A stretch of 30,932 nucleotides of DNA from NCBI GenBank assembly GCA_947632295.1, contig CANROQ010000001.1, positions 1-30,932 of the forward strand, given 5' to 3'. The position numbers were made by a program, and so were the translations under genes. Positions 26,053 through 30,932 of the stretch are shown here, in pieces. This DNA comes from an uncultured Bacilli bacterium. GTDB lineage: Bacteria > Bacillota_I > Bacilli_A > RF39 > UBA660. The notes under the pieces are model-generated. The model was not told the DNA's origin, made no database searches, and saw nothing but the letters and a program-made list of their open reading frames with translations. The stretch's first letter is position 1. The number at the start of each line of letters is the position of its first letter.

Positions 26053-26769
26053 CTAATCACTCCATAACTCATAATTAATAACACTTAGAAGAAATAATGG
26101 AACTGTTTCAACACGCAATATTCTATTACCTAATGACACAGGGATAAAATTATGTTCAACAAAATAATTTTCTTCTTTAACTGTTAGACCACCCTCGGGA
26201 CCTATCACTAATAACAGTTTATCACATTCTATATGTTTTTGCAAAAAAAATTTAATATTTTTTATGTCATTTTTTGTCGAGCAAACATATTTTTGCCCTT
26301 CAAAATCAATCAATTCGGTTATTTTTTTTACATTAGTTACAATAGGAATATCTACTCTTTTAGACTGTTCACTAGCTTCTTTGCAAATCCGTTGCCAGCG
26401 AATAATTCTATCTTGTTCTTTTCGCACATCTAATTTAATAATACTTCGTTCAGCTATAAACGGAATAATTTTATTGACCCCTAATTCTGTACTCTTTTGT
26501 AAAATAAAATCCATTTTTTGTTCCTTTAAAAGAGGTACAGCTAACACAACTTCTAAATTTTTATTAATTGATTTTTCTAATTTTTCAAGTATCAATATTT
26601 TAATATTACTATTTACATTTTCTAGACAGCATATATATAATTCTCGATTGAAAACAACTTCAATTTTATCACCATCAAACATGCGCATAACTGTTTGAAT
26701 ATGAAATAAATCATCACTACCTAATATGAAATAATTATCAATTTTACTTTTTGCAAAATATCGTTGCAT
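26053..26769 (-). CDS. rsmE: 16S rRNA m3U1498 methyltransferase
   Basis: HIQTVMR, ILQKSTELGV, EASEQSKR, IGPEGG, SLGNRILRVETVP. Confidence 0.93.
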   Translation of the reverse strand: MQRYFAKSKIDNYFILGSDDLFHIQTVMRMFDGDKIEVVFNRELYICCLENVNSNIKILILEKLEKSINKNLEVVLAVPLLKEQKMDFILQKSTELGVNKIIPFIAERSIIKLDVRKEQDRIIRWQRICKEASEQSKRVDIPIVTNVKKITELIDFEGQKYVCSTKNDIKNIKFFLQKHIECDKLLLVIGPEGGLTVKEENYFVEHNFIPVSLGNRILRVETVPLFLLSVINYELWSD

Positions 26770-26778
26770 ATTAATCAC

Positions 26779-27324
26779 CTAACTCAATAAAAAATCAGCA
26801 AAACAATCAAAAACCATTGTAAAAAAATCAATAATTCGATAAAATGTTCCTTTTAATTTGTTTGTTTTAGCCTTTGAAGTATCAATTTCTAATATAAAAT
26901 CATCATTTTTATACTTAGTAATTTTTATTTCAACTATATAGCGGCGATATTTCTTAATTAAATCATCTAGATCATATTCAGAAATCTTGCCATAATAATA
27001 AATTTTTTTCTTATTGAAATAAATAGTATCATTAATAAATGTTCGAAAATGTTCTTTACAATCACTAATTTCACAAATGCTATAATCAATTTTTTTCTTT
27101 TTATTCGTTTTACGAATTTTTTTTATCTTAATCTTTTTTGTAGGTTTATATTTAGTAGATTTAGAATACTCAATTGTTTGATTTATATTTAACATTAGAA
27201 AATGATCAATATTATTATTGTTTTGAACTGCCGAAATCAAATCTTCATCAACAATTCCCAATGTAAAAACATTACCTTGAAGACTTTTTATAATTTTTAA
27301 TAATGATTGTTTCATTTTCTTCAC
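26779..27324 (-). CDS. Hypothetical basic protein
   Basis: ORF overlaps the tcdA stop and abuts rsmE; no family recognised. Confidence 0.6.
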   Translation of the reverse strand: MKKMKQSLLKIIKSLQGNVFTLGIVDEDLISAVQNNNNIDHFLMLNINQTIEYSKSTKYKPTKKIKIKKIRKTNKKKKIDYSICEISDCKEHFRTFINDTIYFNKKKIYYYGKISEYDLDDLIKKYRRYIVEIKITKYKNDDFILEIDTSKAKTNKLKGTFYRIIDFFTMVFDCFADFLLS

Positions 27325-28001
27325 CTCACAATATCATTGATTATATAACTAGCACAAAGAATACCAGCTGTCGATGGAACTAAACAATTTGATCCTATTA
27401 TTTTACTGCCTGTTTTTATTGCTGGCTCATCGCTACATACAACCATAACTTTAGAAGTAATATTTTCATCTCTAACCATCTTTCTTAAAATGCTAGCAAT
27501 CGAATCATACGTAGTTTTACGAATATCCATAATTTTTAAACGACTTGGATCCATTTTGTTGCCTGTGCCCATGGCCGAAATAAATTTGATATTTCTTCTT
27601 TGAGTTTGTCTTATTAATTCTTTCTTAACTTCTATTGTATCACAAGCATCAATAATATAATCTATTTTTTCCAAAAAAAGTTCATCAATATTACTATTAT
27701 TAATAAATTTAGTAATTTTTTTGACTTGACAATTTGGATTTATATCAAAAATTCTTTTTTCCCAAACATCAGTCTTATAATTTCCTATGTTAGATTGATA
27801 AGTCATAAGTTGCCTGTTTAAATTAGTAATATCAATTGTATCATTATCAACAATGATTATTTTTCCTATACCACTTCTTACAATTGATTCTAATGCATAA
27901 CTCCCTACACCACCAAGACCAATAATCAAAACTGTCGTATTTTGTAATTTAAATATATTATCACTACCAACTATTAATTCTAATCTAGATAATTGATTCA
28001 T
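27321..28001 (-). CDS. tcdA: tRNA threonylcarbamoyladenosine dehydratase (ThiF/E1-like)
   Basis: IIGLGGVGS, DNDTIDITNLNRQ, IIDACD, SAMGTGNKMDP. Confidence 0.9.
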   Translation of the reverse strand: MNQLSRLELIVGSDNIFKLQNTTVLIIGLGGVGSYALESIVRSGIGKIIIVDNDTIDITNLNRQLMTYQSNIGNYKTDVWEKRIFDINPNCQVKKITKFINNSNIDELFLEKIDYIIDACDTIEVKKELIRQTQRRNIKFISAMGTGNKMDPSRLKIMDIRKTTYDSIASILRKMVRDENITSKVMVVCSDEPAIKTGSKIIGSNCLVPSTAGILCASYIINDIVR

Positions 28002-28045
28002 ATTATCACCAATTTAATTATAACATCAATTAAAATAAAAAAAAA

Positions 28046-28217
28046 GCCTAGAAGAAGGCGCCTATAACGACAAAACCTAGTCTCCCAGGTGGGCATCACA
28101 TTATTGATTTTAGGATCTTTGCAAAAACGCAAATATTCAACACCACCAACAAATTAGATTCCCAATCGTTTTATTTTAGTAGGTTTTTCTTAAATGGCTT
28201 TCCCATATCTTCTAGAC
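28046..28217 (-). ncRNA. ssrS: Probable 6S RNA
   Basis: 5' GUCUAGAAGA pairs with 3' UCUUCUAGGC; AAAACCUA/UAGGUUUU inner stem; apical UUUGC/GCAAA hairpin; GCCCACCUG...GGUU motif typical of Firmicutes 6S; U-tail; upstream of tcdA as in B. subtilis (6S-1 before yrvM). Confidence 0.75.
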
Positions 28218-28223
28218 ATTATT

Positions 28224-28253
28224 ATTATACCACATTATTAAAAAAATATGCAA
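28224..28253 (-). promoter_or_regulatory. Promoter of the 6S-like RNA
   Basis: Minus strand TTGCAT-18 nt-TATAAT with an extended -10 TG. Confidence 0.7.
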
Positions 28254-28261
28254 GTAATATA

Positions 28262-28292
28262 GAAAAAAAATAAAGTTATACGAAACTTTATT
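28262..28292 (-). terminator. Terminator of the pilC-prepilin peptidase operon
   Basis: AATAAAGTT-6 nt-AACTTTATT followed by a T-run on the minus strand. Confidence 0.7.
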
Positions 28293-29066
28293 TTACACTA
28301 AAGAATATAAAAAATTAACGACATTAAATTTAGTTAATAAAATTACGATGGAACCTAAACCTAATAATGGCCCAAAAGGTATAATATGGCTTTTTTTAGT
28401 AACTAAAATTATAAAAGCAATAGGTAAACCAATCAATGAACCAACAAATATCGAAAAAATTGCTTTAGGTAATCCTAGCACCATTCCAATAATAAATAAC
28501 AGTTTAATATCTCCTCCACCCATTGACTCGCGTTTAAACATAAAATCACCTAATAATTTAATACCATACATTATAATAAAAGAAATTAAACCATTAATTA
28601 TCGGTAAATAAAAGTGAGATATACCAATTTTAATAACTAATTCAATAAATAAAATTATACCAAATATTAATAAAACAGTATCTGGAATTATAAAATATAA
28701 AAAATCACTAACAAAGATAATCATTAACATAGATACAAATGTTAATGAAATAACTAAATCATAAATATTATTTTTAAATGCTAAATAACATAAAACAAAT
28801 AAAACACCTGTTAAAAATTCAAATATTGTATAAAACCAAGATATTTTTTGTTTACATTTACTACATTTTCTACCTAAAAATAAAAAAGAAAAAATAGGAA
28901 TTAATTCATATGGTTTTAATTTATGACCACAATTAGTACAATGTGAAGATGGAAATACTATTGATTCTCCTTTAGGTAAACGATAACCAACCACATTATA
29001 AAACGATCCTAATACCGCACCAAATATAAAAAACACTATACAATAATAAATTTCCATCATACACAA
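28293..29066 (-). CDS. Prepilin peptidase / N-methyltransferase (A24; PilD/ComC-like)
   Basis: GSFYNVVGYRLP, CTNC and CSKC zinc motif, MGGGDIKL catalytic Asp, IPFGP. Confidence 0.93.
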   Translation of the reverse strand: MCMMEIYYCIVFFIFGAVLGSFYNVVGYRLPKGESIVFPSSHCTNCGHKLKPYELIPIFSFLFLGRKCSKCKQKISWFYTIFEFLTGVLFVLCYLAFKNNIYDLVISLTFVSMLMIIFVSDFLYFIIPDTVLLIFGIILFIELVIKIGISHFYLPIINGLISFIIMYGIKLLGDFMFKRESMGGGDIKLLFIIGMVLGLPKAIFSIFVGSLIGLPIAFIILVTKKSHIIPFGPLLGLGSIVILLTKFNVVNFLYSLV

Positions 29067-29069
29067 CTC

Positions 29070-30806
29070 CTATTGAATTTCATTATACATGCTGAACATT
29101 GGAATAATAATAGCTAAAACGATAAAACCTACACCAACTGCTAAGAAAATAATCAAAGCTGGTTCTACAAACGCCTTAATACGCGTTACCGCATTACGAT
29201 GTTGATCCTGATAATAAGTAGAAACTTTACTCATCATCTCTGGTAATTGACCTGTCATTTCACCAGTTACAATCATTTCGTAAGCAGGAATTGGGAAAGC
29301 CCAATGGTTTTTAAAAGCCAACGAAATTTTTTCACCTTTTGCAAGATTATTTATAGTATCTAATATTAAATTTTTATATATTTCATTATTAGTAACTTTA
29401 TTCAAAATTTCCATACTATCCGTAATAAATACATTATGTTTTAATAGTGATGCAAAAGTCTTTGTAAACATAGTTACTTCGTTATAGATAATAATATTTC
29501 CAAATATTGGTAATTTCATTAAAAATGTTTGCATAGCCATTCTAAAGGATTTAACATTTTTATACAACCACATTATAATTATAATTAATATAACAATAGC
29601 AATTAATATCCAAACAATATTAGCTTGTAAGAAATTACTAATTGCCATAACCATAAGCGTATAAGCAGGAATCTTAGATGAATCAAGTGAATCGTAAATT
29701 TCAACAAATTGTGGAACAACATATACCATAATAAAAGTCATAACTGCAATCGCTACTATAAAAATTATTGAAGGATAAGTTAAGGCAGTTATCATTTGTT
29801 TTCTAGTTGCTTCAGCTTCAGTATAATACTGTTCCATATCATCCAAAGCTTCTGGTAATTCTCCGGTTAATTCGGCTGCTTTAACCATATTAATTAATAA
29901 TTTAGGGAAAGCTGCGCCTTGTTTTTCCATAGCCACACTAAAATTTTCACCCATTGTCAAATCGTACATTATAGACTTAAAAATTCTTTGATAACTTTTT
30001 TGTTTATATTGACGACTTAAAATTCTAATTGCGTCTACTAATGTAATACCAGCTTTAATATAAGTAGATAATTGAGTAATCATAAAAATTAAATCTTTAG
30101 TTTTTATTTTAGTACGACTTGAAGAATAATTACTATGGAACATTTTAATCCATTTAGAAGTTCTAATGCTATAAACTTCATAACCTTCATTCAATAAAAA
30201 TGAATGAACTTCAACTTTAGAAAAAGCATCAAAATAACCTTTTATAATTTTTCCTCTAGTATCTTTAGCAACATATTCATAAATTTGCTTTTCACTACTT
30301 TTAACCGCATCTTCACCATTAAAATCTAATAGCAATACTTGTCTTGGTAAATTTTTTCGATCACGACTTTTTTGTTTCATTTCATCATTTTTTTGTTTAA
30401 TTTTCTTAGGTATAGAGAAAATAGCAGCAAAAAAATCATTAAGAACATCTTTAAATTTACGTTTTTCACGTTTAGAGAAGAACATATTTTCTTCTTCTTT
30501 TTCACGCTTTTTAGCAGCAATACGTTCTTGTTCAGCCAAATATTTACGTTCGGCTGCTCTTTGTTTGGCTTGTACTTTTTCTATTTTGCTTAATTTTTTA
30601 TTTCGTTTTTGCTCTTGTTTTAAAAGATGTTTTTCACTTTTTTGGCTTTTATTAATTACATATCTAATCGGAAAAGTTAAAAACTTAAATATACTTGACA
30701 CAACAAAATAAACGCAAAAATTTATGACTAAAAAGCCATACCAAAAATTTCTTAAAATGAATGATATTATATTTAAAGGTGCTAATAATATCTTTTTAAT
30801 CATCAC
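29070..30806 (-). CDS. Type II secretion system F family / PilC platform protein with long N-terminal extension
   Basis: YEYVAKDTRGK, QLSTYIKAG, AAELTGEL, YP, GEMTGQL, EPALI, IIIPMF. Confidence 0.92.
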   Translation of the reverse strand: MMIKKILLAPLNIISFILRNFWYGFLVINFCVYFVVSSIFKFLTFPIRYVINKSQKSEKHLLKQEQKRNKKLSKIEKVQAKQRAAERKYLAEQERIAAKKREKEEENMFFSKREKRKFKDVLNDFFAAIFSIPKKIKQKNDEMKQKSRDRKNLPRQVLLLDFNGEDAVKSSEKQIYEYVAKDTRGKIIKGYFDAFSKVEVHSFLLNEGYEVYSIRTSKWIKMFHSNYSSSRTKIKTKDLIFMITQLSTYIKAGITLVDAIRILSRQYKQKSYQRIFKSIMYDLTMGENFSVAMEKQGAAFPKLLINMVKAAELTGELPEALDDMEQYYTEAEATRKQMITALTYPSIIFIVAIAVMTFIMVYVVPQFVEIYDSLDSSKIPAYTLMVMAISNFLQANIVWILIAIVILIIIIMWLYKNVKSFRMAMQTFLMKLPIFGNIIIYNEVTMFTKTFASLLKHNVFITDSMEILNKVTNNEIYKNLILDTINNLAKGEKISLAFKNHWAFPIPAYEMIVTGEMTGQLPEMMSKVSTYYQDQHRNAVTRIKAFVEPALIIFLAVGVGFIVLAIIIPMFSMYNEIQ

Positions 30807-30855
30807 ACATCACCAATATCCTTTATTTTACGTCCACTTATTTATTCTAATATAG

Positions 30856-30883
30856 ATTATATCATAAATACATAATTTGTAAA
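30856..30883 (-). promoter_or_regulatory. Promoter of pilC
   Basis: Minus strand TTTACA-16 nt-TATAAT with an extended -10 TG. Confidence 0.55.
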
Positions 30884-30932
30884 ACATTTTTTTTAAATTT
30901 CATATAATATTTTAGAAGGGAGTATATAATTA

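Noticed and set aside
30915-30932. AAGGGAG possible SD for a divergent gene
   Set aside because: Any start codon would lie outside the window.

Overview
Very AT-rich chromosomal window from a low-GC Bacillota/Bacilli organism. The gene style suggests an uncultured, RF39-like gut lineage, which is inference only; the standard genetic code reads through. Most of it is housekeeping and envelope genes: cysteine desulfurase-thioredoxin-Trx/CcdA operon, tRNA-Ile(GAU) and tRNA-Glu(UUC), YhfW-like FAD/Rieske protein, nfeD-SPFH-CPBP, a PASTA-repeat protein, a GH73 autolysin, a pgsA-like gene, a HAD hydrolase, a pilin, recD2, mtaB, rpe, rsmE, tcdA, a probable 6S RNA, prepilin peptidase and a PilC-type protein. 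The best novel candidate is an unannotated type I toxin-antitoxin-like module at about 11834-12146. It has a 30-aa hydrophobic peptide with promoter, SD and terminator, a convergent antisense RNA of about 110 nt with its own promoter and terminator, and alternative long-range pairings. Also notable are two Rpn-family PD-(D/E)XK paralogues with a shared promoter block, one carrying a candidate internal antitoxin start. No CRISPR array, rRNA, integrase, reverse transcriptase or clear IS ends were seen. All calls come from manual motif reading; no database searches or folding programs were run.
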